Part shown: piece by piece, positions 1 through 13,584 of the stretch | Position numbering within the stretch: position 1 is the first letter of the stretch | How the letters are laid out: every line of letters begins with the position of its first letter | Assembly: GCF_000150275.1 (NCBI RefSeq) | Contig: NW_002060952.1 | Span: 1,974,260-2,038,259, forward strand | Origin: Trichoplax adhaerens | Lineage: Eukaryota; Animalia; Placozoa | Reading direction: 5' to 3' | Length of the DNA: 64,000 bases | The notes under the pieces: model-generated | The model's database searches: none | Told to the model about the DNA's origin: nothing | What the model saw: the letters and a program-made list of their open reading frames with translations, nothing else | Made by a program: the position numbers and the translations under genes

Positions 1-2817
1 GAATCGACGGCAATAAATTCTTCACTCTCATCATCGTCACTTGATAAGGCGTCACAACTTGATAATATTTTGGTTAACGATAAAGGTGTTGACAACGGAG
101 AATCTTTCTTTTGCTCAGCTAGAGTAAAAATTAAAGCATTTTTTTTCTAAGAAATCAGCGTTTGTACACTGCTGAAGTTCTCTTTTTAATATATTTCCTC
201 AAGTCACCTTTACCGGTATGTTGGACTGATGATAGTATTTTGGATTGATTTTCAGTATCTGCCGACTATAGCAAATGAAATAAAGCATGAATTTCTTTAC
301 GAATATGTAGGGTGTTGTTATTTAAATTGTACGTGATCATGTTATTGTAAGATTCTTCGTAGAAGATGACTATCGTAAATGAGAATGGAAGTGCAAGCTT
401 TGCTGACTGCATTACTGTACGTAGATGTCCTAATAATATCGATAGTGACCATCAGCTGTCTCGACTACATACCATTACGCTCTGGCCAGATTGGCGAGAC
501 AAAACGTCTTCACTAGGGCTTAATTCGAATTTATGGGAGTAACTGAAATCTCCTTCTAGGTCCGTAGTCTTTCGCTTTTCAAATTTATTATCATCTGTAT
601 GGACTGACTTCATATTTAGTGAATTACTCGATCTCTTTACGCCGGACCGATTGCCGCTATTGCTTCTAAAATCATCCATCATCACGTTAGTATTGATATT
701 GTCGCCCCTATAATTATAATTAGATGACCTTTCTCTACTTTGCATTTTCTTGCTACTTTTTTCATCATCGTAGTATCTTCGCTGTTCAGGCCTTCTATTT
801 CTGCTAAATCTTTCACTTTCAGCTGGCATCACTCTGGGACTACCAGATCCACTACGTTGATATAAATTTGCTTTATTCCTTCCGTAATTTTCACTTTCCC
901 CTCGTTTCAGTCCTCGCGAATCTAAATAATCTTTACGGTCTTTGCTTCTATTTGTACTATCAATAAACTGTAAATTTTCTGCACCAACACGGTATCTGTT
1001 GTTGATATGATAACTTGACGCTGTTTCCCCTTCATAATGTTTTATTTGGGAGTTACCTTCACGTCCGTACCTTGCTTCTTCATATTTATACGATTGAACA
1101 CTGTCTGTTTTAGCGCGCCGTTTCAGTGGTCGGTCATCACCTGAATATGATGATAAACGCGTAGTCTTTGAAGATGAAATAACCTTCTGTTGTTCTCTAC
1201 CCGGCTTTTCCATGCGCTTGCTACCAGAAGTATGTTTCAGGTTTCTTTCTACCGTATCTTTACTGCTACTAGTTTCTAGGGAATGACAATGAGTAAAAGA
1301 ATCTTTTAAGCTTCAAAGAATTACTATATTGGAAGCCACTAACTAATATATCAGTTACCGATTTTATACAGTTCATTATCGAATTCATCCGCAACTTCAT
1401 CGTCGCCACCAAGAATATCTTCCAGAACGTTTATCTCGCCTGGTTTTCCTTTACATAAAACATAGACTACTTCAATACTCTATTTATGGCTACTATTGAT
1501 GAAATATTAACCAGCAATGATGGATAGCATATCATTACGAGCTATAAACTAGTCCCACACTACAGTAGCTGCAATAAATGTCTTCTTATTACGTAACGAG
1601 CAAGCATCGACCATACGCGTACGGCAATTTAGAATAGGTACTATTTAATACTGATTCTGTCCAATCTTCTACCTAGCCATTCCAATATTACATATAGATA
1701 TCTATAGCATACAGTAGATATTAATATAAATTTACAGTAGCAATCATGATGCTGCTAGTTGAGAGCACTATCGAGATGTGATTAGGAAGAGTTTCTGAAG
1801 GCGGTAGGACAACATCAAGTTCCCCACAACAGTATGATACCGTACTCGAACTCATTAAGACTAAAGTTGCCGTAGATCACGACAACTACTACTTGATATT
1901 AGTCTTAGTCGCCCTTTATTATACAGTAAATATCCAAACATGGCGCCGCCAAAATGTGTCAGCAATTGAAACATTTTACCTTCGAAGTTGATAGGTCCGC
2001 ATTTATACATTATTACAGACAGTACAGTATCGTAGTTTATCTGTTGTTCAATGAGCTAACTTGTGCAATATATCTATTCAACACTTTTGAATAGCGAAAA
2101 GTAAAATAATGGCAGCGCTTAGGTGCTAGTATCAAGAGAAGGAAAATTCTATTCGTTTCTTTCATGGAACAAGTACTGATCTAGGCAAACTAAGGCGAAA
2201 AAAAATCATCTCCAAACTGATTACCTTTCTATAACACTAGAACGGATAGAAAAAATCTGGTTGAGAACTCGCCATTTCATAGTTCATATCCATACTATCA
2301 TTTATCATAGCCGTAAGGTAGAGTACAGTATGGCACAGTCCAGTACTAAGCGTTGTTGTAGGCTTTGTAGGCAGTGATGAAGAAATGGTATAGCGCACAT
2401 AGAACAGCAGTTTGCTGTAGTCAAGGTCTAAGTACAGTGCAGGCGAAAACACTCCAGTGGCGCATAGTCTATTCTCTAGAGATTACTCTTTGAAGTGAAG
2501 TATGTACTGTACATGTTGGGTTCGCAACAAGAGAAATGTCTCAATTGGGTTGGACAATTCCTCAGTAAAAAAGTCATTGATAACCAAATGAAGATGATAA
2601 ACTAAGCTTGTATAGATAAATTGAAATAAAATGAACAGTAGAATCACTCAACCGCTAATGTAGCAACATTATTACAGCCCATAGAAACGATTTTGCAATC
2701 TGCTTACAAAATTAGCATCAATGATGAATCAATGTCTTGACCAATTGGTTACTTACCATCGTCATCATGAGAATTACTTTTAGCGACATCGTCGAGATTG
2801 TGAGGCCGTGAAGTCAT
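1..2817 (-). CDS. YTHDC1: YTH domain-containing protein 1-like (nuclear m6A reader), 5' exons only; gene continues off the left edge
   Basis: Phase-consistent GT-AG exons 2817-2757, 1448-1359, 1275-479, 265-208, 118-1. Exon 2 reads GEINVLEDILGGDDEVADEFDNELY, resembling the vertebrate YTHDC1 N-terminus as I recall it (GELNVLDDIL...DDELY). It is followed by an R/S/E-rich low-complexity region (ORF 452..1213). The YTH domain itself is not in the window. Confidence 0.7.
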
Positions 2818-3239
2818 ATCTTTCTCCTTGAATAGTAACGATTGACTAATCTAATATCTAATGCCGAGTTGATAATATACAAACACTAGATGAAAGACGA
2901 GGAAAAAAAACTGCGAAAAAGATTGATTTGGAATAAGGCAGCTAACAATAATGAACTGGTGTGTACGCTAACTCTTTATCCACGTTTCTTCGCTTGTAAC
3001 TTCAATACTAGTGACAACTTTGACATTTTACACGCTTACAACTAACGGCCAAATGGGACTGGTGGATAAATTATAAAATGATACACCAATAAACGCCAGC
3101 TTTGAAATTTCTCAGTGATTATGTATCTAGTATTTCCAATTTCTCTCTACTACCTTTCCTATGGAATACTTTATTCTAGACTTCTAGTGCATGCGATACT
3201 TCCAAGAGTTCAACTGAGAAGAATCGTGCGTTGACTGTC

Positions 3240-4200
3240 CTTTACAGTGCAATGTACTGTAGCTCATTTGATAGTACTGTACAGTACTGTACGTAACGTC
3301 CTACAGTACTGTATACCGTAATTTAATTCATTCGCGCAGCCGCTATCGCAGTTGCTCTTCGACTTGTTGTTGCCGTATGCAAAACAATACAGTTTATAGG
3401 ATAAGCATTCAAGGCTAAATAAATGCAGGCCAAAAATCGAACTGTTTAGCTCGATGGATGTTGCTTCTTAAAGGGTTACCCCGTAAGAGAAAAGCAATAC
3501 TATACTGTACAGTACTGTAAATACACGGTACCAGTGCTCGCTACCGCGAAGCTACAGTACAATCAATTTTTAAAATTTACAGTACTGTACACTGTAAAAA
3601 TAGTACTGTACTGTACTGTACTGTGCATCGCTTTCGGCGCGCGGGCACTTCTCATACTGTACAGTGTACAGTATGAGAACAGTCCCCAATGCAGTACTGT
3701 ACTGTACACTGTACACTGTACAATGGACTCCCATTTTATTGGAAATAAATTCAATCAATTGAAATTTAACAGCAGATCGTGCTAGTCTGCCTATAGGCTC
3801 TAGTACTTTCTTCACAACTTGAACTCGAGCGTTATAATGGGCCTTATTCACAATAATTATTGCAATACGTGATAATCAGATAAAGTTCTATTGGTCGACA
3901 GCGATAATAATAATGTAAAAGTTAAAAGTATCAGCGACAGCTCGATAACGAAGAAGGGAAATAGCAAGGTATTCTACCGATATTGCATGTACTATGCTGT
4001 ACTGTACAGTAAAAGTACTAGGGTGCGTATTACGACTACATTTGGATACGCTACCAGGAGCTGAAACCTCGCTATATAAAGTAGTTGGGCTCTTCCATTC
4101 TGACAGAATACGCATAAAAGTTTTCTGTTGAACGACGTACTGTAGTTTTAAGGTGCAGTATAGAGAGGTACATGCCTGTCAACTCTAGTACAGTGCTACA
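3240..4200. repeat. Cluster of (TACAG)n/(CTGTA)n pentamers and CAGTACTG palindromes
   Basis: Dense runs such as tagtactgtactgtactgtactgt (3601-3624) and cagtactgtactgtacactgtacactgta (~3692-3720), upstream of the YTHDC1-like start. Confidence 0.8.
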
Positions 4201-7200
4201 TTATTGTGTTGTCCATCTTTTGCACAGGTCTGTCTCTGTAGTATTGCCTATTACAACGAAAACTGGCCGGCATTACAGTTTGAGTTTTTGACTCAGATGG
4301 GGGACTCCTTGACCCACATTTAATTCACTAATTTGGAGAACCAATTTCAATGCAGCAATTACAGTTTTTATAGGCTATACAGTGCAACCACGGACTGATT
4401 GATCTTTCTGCCTACTTTACAAATCTAGTACTAGTATGTAATGTTAGATGTTCAATCCTTACTCACTGTCAGTTTCATCAACTGAATGCTGACGAAATAT
4501 TCTAATATGTCTACTGTACCTGTATTCCCACATAAATTAACTAGAACAGACTATGCTGTAGCCCAATGTATAATTTTTTCGTTAGCTGCATGTAAACATT
4601 CCAACATCTTCATGAATTTCTTTGCGTACATAAAAAAGAGTAATAACGTATATAAAGTCATACTATTAATCGTCAATCAGCAGCCAACATGCATTTGTTT
4701 ACATATTACTATTATTATTACTTATTACTTTATTTAAACTATCCAGGCTCATAAGTGTACTTTGTGTAATGCATGAGGTCATATCGGTAGGTCCAGACTA
4801 GGCAGGATAACGATCAACACGATATACAGATGATTCAGGATAAGATTTATTGCAAAAACACACGACAGGATCGAGATCGATATTCCGAGATAGCTATGTA
4901 ACATCTACAAGTGTTACAGCAAAAGCAATACTATTTAACAGTCTTACACTTAAGCCATCGTACTGCAGTACGTATACTCTGCAACTACTTTACACTCTGC
5001 AGTGCTTCACATATAATTATCATAATCCTCATCTATTTTACATGATCAGTGTTACTGCACAATTAAAGTGCACATATCACACTTTGCCAATCATATTTCA
5101 TTGTAAACATATATATATATACTGGCATGCATTCTCGCTTTATAGATCTCTATATCAATGATCATGATCAGACAACCGATTTGTAACGGATAGTGTTTCT
5201 TACTTTATGTTGGGATCTATTACTAACTGTAAAGTTACGACTTTCAGATTTAAAATTTGCAAAAAAGTCAGATATCGCACAAGAATAATATGCACGTAGA
5301 GCACAATTTTATGGTAACATAGCTCTGCCAGATGAGGTAGATCGGATAGTAAGCAAGCGAATATACGGCAATTAAATTGAAGTTAAGATTGATAAGTTCA
5401 GGTTTGTTTGCCACTTGATGGTATTTATTTATAAAGCTGATTTTAACACTATAGATCATGGTCCACTAATTCCAAATTATCAACATTTTTATTTTGCAAT
5501 GAGTATAAACATAGCCCTTATTAGTAATAATAAAATATACGTATTGCACACTCCAAAGTCTTTTTGTGGTATGCTTTAACAACATCTTCTAGATGTAGTA
5601 TTAGTATCATCTGCGCGATCTCAAATCATAGTAATGATCATCATAAAATTAAATAAGCACCAAATTGTAATTCTTTATTTCAAATATGAGACTTTGACTT
5701 TAGTGAATAGTTTTATAATCTTCTCCCAGATAGGATACCAACACTAACTAAGCTATGTGTGACAATCACTTTCCTTCTCCCATTCATATTACAGGGTTTA
5801 GAATGAATGTCTACGCTCTGTTTCTTTGCATACCGCTATTACACATTGAGTAAAGATAACTTTACAATTCTTATTGCCCGCAATTCTGTAATCGTTTATA
5901 AGTATATAGCCTTACTCTCACATTTCCAAAGCAAATTTTTGCTTTTTTGAATAATTATCGATGGACGCCTATCGTAAGTCACTTTATGTCTTCAAAGATT
6001 CCATAGTGCTATTTAAAGCAGTATGCAAATGGTTTATGTAAGTATAGTAATTCATTCATGAAATATTAAAAATAACAAAATCAAACGTAATGATGCTCTT
6101 TAACCCCTTAGCTTAATCCTAAACATTAATGGAATCTGAACAATATTTTAAGCTAGCATAAGAGACCATTTACGTATATGTTGCCAGTGAAACTGATAAA
6201 ACTTTGAAATATATATAGTGTATACTGACTGTACAATGTACAGTACAACAGTGTTATATGTTAGTAAAATCAGCCAATATCAACATAACAAATCATCATA
6301 ACAATGCTTCTCCCGATAAATATCTCCATTTTAAACTTTGTAAAACGAACGATTTTTTACGAGTTCTATCCATTCAGTAACTAATTCTGTAACCTACTTA
6401 GAAAGCTAGAAGTTCATACAAACGATCTAATAAATTCAAATCTACCTTCAGTCCTCAACCGTTCTTTCAATACCTTTCTTCTAAAAAACTCTATTACAAA
6501 TCATGCTGCTATATAATTTCATTACTTAATCTTGTTATTGTAATCTTATGCGAATAATAAGCGGACACTAGAACTTCCTTTCTAATCAACAATGCGCTTT
6601 AATAATATTATTTACATTCCCTCTTAATAATAAACATAAGATAGTCGACGGCGCTACCATCGTCAGCGATTATTTGTATTAGTATTCCACGAATTATGAT
6701 GTGATAGCATACAGTAGTACGTTGCTGCCGTTTGCTTGAGCTATGATCACAATCAAAACAATTTATATAACTTCATGAATCTTCATTTAGTTATGCTTTC
6801 AATGTACAAAGTAGAATATTATAGAACTTTATGTACTATGCTAGGATTTGGGCATCATTCTAGCGTAAAAGATACATGTTACTGTACAGTAAGCTACCGT
6901 AGGAGTGCATTCAATGTAATCGATTGCCCAAAAATCAATATCGTAGAACATACGCCTTCTTGTCTCAATTCGTAATACTAATGGCCAAATGTAAATAATT
7001 GAGTCTTGATCAAATTCATCAATAAATGTCATTAATTTGACTGTGCATAACATACGATATGAAGCAGTTAGAGCAAACATTCTAAGGTAGGCTACAGGTA
7101 TACTCTTAACGATTCGATTTATTCCATAATTCAGAGTTTACTATAAGAATAGTATAGAAAGATTACTTACAATCTTACTATTTATATTATCGCTTTTGAC

Positions 7201-7687
7201 CAAGCATAAATTTTCTAATTTCATGCAAGAAATGTTATGCAAGACATTTAATGTGAGTCCGATAAATTTATCAGCATGCTGTGACCCCAATCGTTCTAAA
7301 CTATAGCGATGCAATCAACGGCAATCTTCTCCGTACGCTTTTGTACCATATGTATACGCCCTCAAAGCATATGTATACTTTACAACAAGTTTACTTTTGA
7401 CCCAAAGATTGACCTATGGAATCAACATTGCGTGCATTTCACTCTTTGATCAAAATAGATGATCTTCAAATATAGTTTATTAAAGCGTGACCCCACGCAC
7501 AAAATTCCACGCCTACGCCTCTAGTCTAATAAATCGATTTAAGAAGCTAGAAGATTATAAATAAATACACGGCGCAGTTAAGAATTAATTCATTATAATT
7601 TCTTTCACCTACGTGCTAATCGCATCTACACCAAGCGCGAATAGTTTTAGTATTAACCAGAAGACACAACAAATCGATACCTTCAAG

Positions 7688-10600
7688 ATGTCTACAGACA
7701 GCGATAATCAAGTAGAAATCGCCAAAAAAAGAAAGTTTCGACCCAGAAAGGCGTTGAAGAAATCCAAGAAAGCATTAGCCGGTGAAAACCTTCTGTTAAC
7801 ACTGACTATCATTGGTGTCTTAGTTGGCGTTTTAATCGGTTTTCTAGTTCGAATGGCTCATCCGGGCGAAGTAGCCATAAAGCTAGTTAATTTTCCTGGA
7901 GATCTTCTTATCAGAATGTTAAAAATGTTGATTTTACCATTAATCGTCTCCAGTCTTATAGCTGGTTTAGCTTCCCTAGACGCGGGTGCATCAGGCAAAA
8001 TGGGCCGTCGAGCTATTCTTTACTACTTTGGAACGACAGTTTTAGCAGTAGTTTTAGGTCTAGTGCTTGTTGTAGTTATCCATCCTGGTAAAACTAAAGC
8101 AGGCTTATCCAGTGAAAAGCAAGAACATATCAACACCTTAGATGCCTTTCTTGATCTTATAAGGTTAGCTTTATTCTTTTTATGAATTTGAATTGATACT
8201 GTAAAGTTAGAAAGTAATAAAAAAAACGATTTAGAGTCAGTAACAAGTAATGCCTGTAATGGAACCAAACTTTTGTAGCCAAGTATACATCTGGCATCTC
8301 TAAAATAATATACAAATTGTGCTTGCCATTAACCATATCGTTACATAAATACTTATGATCTAGTAATGATGGCCTTACCTTATGATGAACAAGTAGGCTA
8401 AAGTATTTCTTGATGCTGAAAATTTGAGAATTGCTTATGCGCAATTTAAATTACCTCCCTATGCGTTACAAGTGTCATACTTTACAATACTGTCAGTAAT
8501 AACTGTTAGTATATCATATAATTCCGTATGCCATTATTAGTTCTCTCCTAGCAGAAGTTGAATAATGAATGTTACCCTTCTATGCAATCAATATAGTTAC
8601 CACTTAGTCGCGCATTTTATGAGCCGCAATATCATTATTCATTATTCAGATGATTAAAACGGATAACCTAGCAAATCTGCTACTAGACTTTTCTTCAAGA
8701 ACTACAATCCGAGATATCGCATCTTATAACGTGGTACGAGTATCGTAATCTGGGATAATTTTAGTATAGCCTGTCTGGCCTTCAATATTATGTTGAATGA
8801 TTAGATGCAATTAATTATCTCCATAAATTATCGTGATATTATGTTTGCTAATTTATGCAAAGTATTTATTAATATTCAGTCATAAAATCAGAAAATCAGG
8901 TTCAGATTTTATGTTTACTTTAAAAATCTAAGCTATTAAGTAACAGTTACGCGTACATTTTAAAATAAAATACGCGTATACATATAAGCACAGAATGCAG
9001 ATTACAATACACTGCTGTACTATCGTATTAAAACAAAATTAGCAGCTGTTAAACAGCTGCTACTTGTACGCTAACTGTTAAGCTATAACTTTGTATCGAT
9101 TTACCAGACTTAAATATCCTTAAAATTAGAAGCATTTCTAAGGCATACTATTTAGATTACATATAGAAAATGCCACATTAGAAGTTATTTTATGATATCA
9201 AGTAAATGTGTTAAAAGCAAGTGTTCCATATATCTTGCGTGTAGAGTATACTGTATTGATGAATTTGTAAGCAGCAGCCATGCAACGAACTCACAAAAAC
9301 ATTTATATTTACCGTAAACTACAGCCAAACCAATATATAATTCACTATATTTCTTAATTTCTTAAAATTTAGAAATATGTTCCCTTCAAACTTAATACAA
9401 GCGTGTTTTGAAACGGTAAGGAAAATTTTATGCATTTATACCCTTACTCTACTCGTACGTTGATAATTATAATTAAACCGAGTACAATATCAGGTTTTGT
9501 ACCTTTTATGATACTATCAATTTCAAATTTCTTTAAAGTCTTTTAACGCAGACGCTACACTTTCCTTATTAGTGACAGCATTAAATGCAGTTTTTTTATG
9601 TACTATGATTATTGAATAAACATTAAGCATTCTCACCCAATCATCCCTTTGTAGCAAAAAACTGTGTACAAGGAAGTTAGGCATCCGGTTGCTGTTATAA
9701 CACATGATAACATCACTAATGCAACGCAAAGGGTCACAGTTTTGCCAACAATGATTAGCGAGATTTCGATCAACTCCGATAGTTCAAATATTACTAAAAA
9801 CATAACCGTGGCTAAATTTGAGCACGTTGGTGAAGAACACTTTGTAGACGGTATGAATGTTCTGGGTTTGGTAGTATTTTCAATCGCGTTTGGTATTACT
9901 ATGAGCAATATTGGAGAAGGAGGAGAACCCATAAAGCGGTTTTTCTTGTCCCTGAATGAAGTCGTTATGAAATTAGTAGGAATCGTTATGTGGTAAGAAA
10001 ACCTTACGAAAAAATTCAGTTTTGGTAATAAGTGCTAGGTGCCTATATTTTTAATAAAGTTTTGACTTTCCTACTCGATCAGGTATTCTCCTGTTGGTAT
10101 CATGTTTTTAATAGCGGGACAAATAATTAAGATGGATGATTTTGGTAAAGTTATGGGCTCTCTTGGCTTATATATGGTCACTGTTATACTGGGATTGTTA
10201 ATACATTCGATGGTTACACTACCTGCAATTTACTTTGCTGTCGTTCGTAAAAATCCCTTCATATACATGAAAGGTGTCCTACAGGCTTTAGTAACTGCAT
10301 TTGGTACTGCTTCCAGGTATAGTTTAAAATAAAATTCGCCAATCCTGTTAACTTTTTATTTTTGTAATTCATATTATTTCTGTGACAGTTCAGCGACGCT
10401 TCCAGTGACCTTCAGATGCTTAGAAAACAATCTAAACGTTGACAAACGAGTTACACGATTTGTACTTCCAATTGGTGCCACAGTTAATATGGATGGTACA
10501 GCCCTTTATGAAGCTGTTGCTTCAGTATTTATTGCTCAAGTAAATGGAATTACCCTTAATTTTGGACAACTCATAACAGTGAGGTAAGACAGAACTATAA

Positions 10601-11039
10601 GTATGACATTGGCATCAATGAATAATCAGATAATAAATAAATTTTAATTTTCCAAATTTTTCTGATTTATCCATTAAATTTGCTATTATGTTACAGTTTA
10701 ACGGCTACTCTAGCTGCAATTGGTGCTGCTGGTATACCACAAGCTGGAACAGTCACTATATTACTAGTTTTAACAGCGGTAGGCCTGCCAGCAGAAGATG
10801 TTTCACTGATTATGGCAATCGATTGGTTTCTTGATCGAATTCGCACAGCCGTAAACGTTCTTGGTGATGCCTATGGCACTGGTATCGTTTATCACTTATC
10901 AAAATCAGAATTGGCGGATGCAGATGCACGTGAAGAGGCGAAAGCTATAGAAGAAGGTAATTTTACAGAACAAAAAGAAACTGAGGATATAGCGTTGGAG
11001 ACAAAAAAAGCCTCGAATTCTAGCGAAAGCCAACTATAA
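7688..11039 (+). CDS. SLC1 family excitatory amino acid (Glu/Asp) transporter, paralog A, 6 exons
   Basis: Exons 7688-8163, 9373-9415, 9655-9992, 10083-10316, 10389-10583, 10697-11039. Motifs [84 protein letters not shown]. Confidence 0.95.
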
Positions 11040-13584
11040 TTATATGTTCAGTTATTCTCACTTTAACATGGGATCCACTAACTGAACGTAAGCCTACCAT
11101 GTAATTTTGTAGTTTATCTTCATACGTACTGTTTGTCATAAGTTTGTGATGTTTAGCTACATAAACATTTACCATAAATATTAGAGTATCCTCATAAGCT
11201 ACCTTTATCTTGTATGCTTCTTCGATTGTTATTTGCTTTGCGTGTTGAGATATTTGTTACATTCAATTCCAAATACAGCAACTGCCTTTATTGGCTCGAG
11301 CTATCTTAAAATTTTATTTGCACGTACGTATTTCAGAGAAACACCGTCTGGTAAGTTTATATTGCATCCACCATTTTCTTAAATATACGATAATCGTACA
11401 GCAAATCCCCAGACAATTTTGTATACAGTATTAAAGGAGAAGTACATCGACTGTTTATGAAGCTTCGAGAAGGCGACACGCAGAGCGGCCGCCTGTTAGG
11501 TTTTATTATTGTATGTGTGTATTAATTAATATACTCGTATGCTCCCATTACAAATGCCATAATTTTCGATATGTATTACGCAGCTACCTTATGAAAGTAA
11601 TAGTACTTAATGTATTGTGACTATTGTAGTAGCTCAAATACAATACATTCTTGTATCTAATTCTACCAGGAGCATACTGATATATAATAAATTTAGTAGT
11701 CAGCTTATTGCATTAATAACACATTTCAATCATTCATCAACTTGTAATAATTGCTTTAATTTCTAGCAGATATTTATACCAGCTATGTATCGTACTAAAT
11801 TTCACTTTTAAGTGTGAAGTCAAGTCTAATAAATCAAACTATTAAATTCAAGTAGTAATGCGTAAAGTTTCTAACGATATTCAAGCCGATATTTACGAAG
11901 ACAATGTAGTATTGCTTTCTTCATTTCATGAAATTGATACAGTAAGATGGCTACACTCCATACATAAGAGCCCATGCGAATAGTTTCATAACTTAACTGA
12001 GTCCTCACCGTAAATAATTCTATATCTAGGACTACACGTAAAATAGACATTATGCATGGTTAAATTCTGTACGCAATTATCGTTAATTTTGCATAAAACT
12101 TTCCGTCTTGCTCAGAATCTTCATAATTTGGTAAATACCTGTTACTAATCAGCTGCAGTCATGCGATTTGAAGCGCTTAAGAAACTAACAGGGAAGTTGA
12201 TGCCATTTAGTAGCATATACATTATTTATGATGTGACATTTAAAGTAATATGCGAATAAATCTACACCAAATCTGTTCTAGATTGAGAATTAATAAATTT
12301 TGAATATCCCAATAACTACCAGTAACTTCGATAATGACTTGGTTAGCTTAGTTGTGTAAGGCGTAATTCATGTATCTGGCATTGCAGCTAACAGTAAATT
12401 AAATTCAGAGCTATTCCAAAAACTATATCTCATCAATTTCAAGTCTGTCATGATAAAATCCCCCAAGTGAATTAAATTATCAATGGATAAAGTCTGCACT
12501 TAATAGTAAATTTATTAAATTCTTTTCATCAGTACAGTGAAGGATCGATCCATATGTATTAGACGTTACTACTATAAAAATGATATATCCAGAGTCCTAA
12601 TATACACCTATGATGCGACTCTAATTATAATATTAACTTATTAAAATTATAATTATTATATGGTACTACCACGTATTTATACGAACCGGTAGCTCTAGGT
12701 TGTATCGAACATTTACCGTAAGAGCGCCAGCATTTATCTATCTTGATACACATACGCGTATGCAAGATTTCTGTGTATGTTATATATTAGGGATAGAAGA
12801 ATTATTAGGCTTATCCCGTAAGCAAACGTAAGCAAACCAATCGAGTATAAGCTATACAGTATAAGAATAATATTGTAGAGCCTTATAATCGAATTGCAGG
12901 GTAATCGAAGTACGAATATACAGTATAAATATGCACAGATACATGGACATAAGCAACTTGTACCTTGATAGTTAAAAATCAACACACGTATATATTGAAA
13001 AATACCCGAGCGTTATCCCAAGAGAACAATATCATAGCAATTGCCGTAACATGAAAAAGGCATCGCAAATGAGCTTCATACCTATTTACACACATAATAT
13101 CGCTTATACTGTATGTATTACAGAAATATAAAGGGACGTATTATCGCAAGGCAAGGTACCCTGTTTGGTTAATACCTTATTATCAGACGTTTTTGCAGCA
13201 TGTGCATATCATATCAGCAATCAACAATTTACTATTTTTTACTTGCAATAGCTACATCATGTCTTTTCAATTTCGAGTGCATCCATGTCATTTGACTGCA
13301 AGTATATGAAGTTATAATACGGAATCCGTGTGTAATTTCAAGTAGCACCCGTTCAAGTACTGCCTTTCAACAAGTAATCTGTAGCTGCAAACAGTATAAA
13401 GCAAATAAAATAGATAGAACATAAACAGGAAATATTAACGAATGACTGTCCACTCTTCCTAGCAGATCTCTCTTTTTAAAAATACTATATTTACTATTTT
13501 CGAAAAATTTGGTCTACATGCATACGATAAGGTGCAACCATGATAACCTGCGTAAATGCTCACCCAGAGATGTTAAATAGGTTT

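Noticed and set aside
1930-1960. YY1-like motif aaacatggcgccgcc in the YTHDC1-like intron
   Set aside because: A single short motif with no supporting evidence.
3534-4115. Short ORFs rich in TVLY/YSTVQ (also at 16200 and 17902-18373)
   Set aside because: Translations of the TACAG pentamer repeats.
7613-7687. N-terminal extension of EAAT-A from the ORF-track start at 7613
   Set aside because: That start is GTG. The ATG at 7688 has a good context and aligns with paralog B's start.
12640-13040. Possible Helitron-like end (aaatacccgagcgttatccc) next to the lysA 3' end as a transfer vehicle
   Set aside because: Only a vague resemblance; no clear terminal hairpin plus CTRR, second end or TSD.
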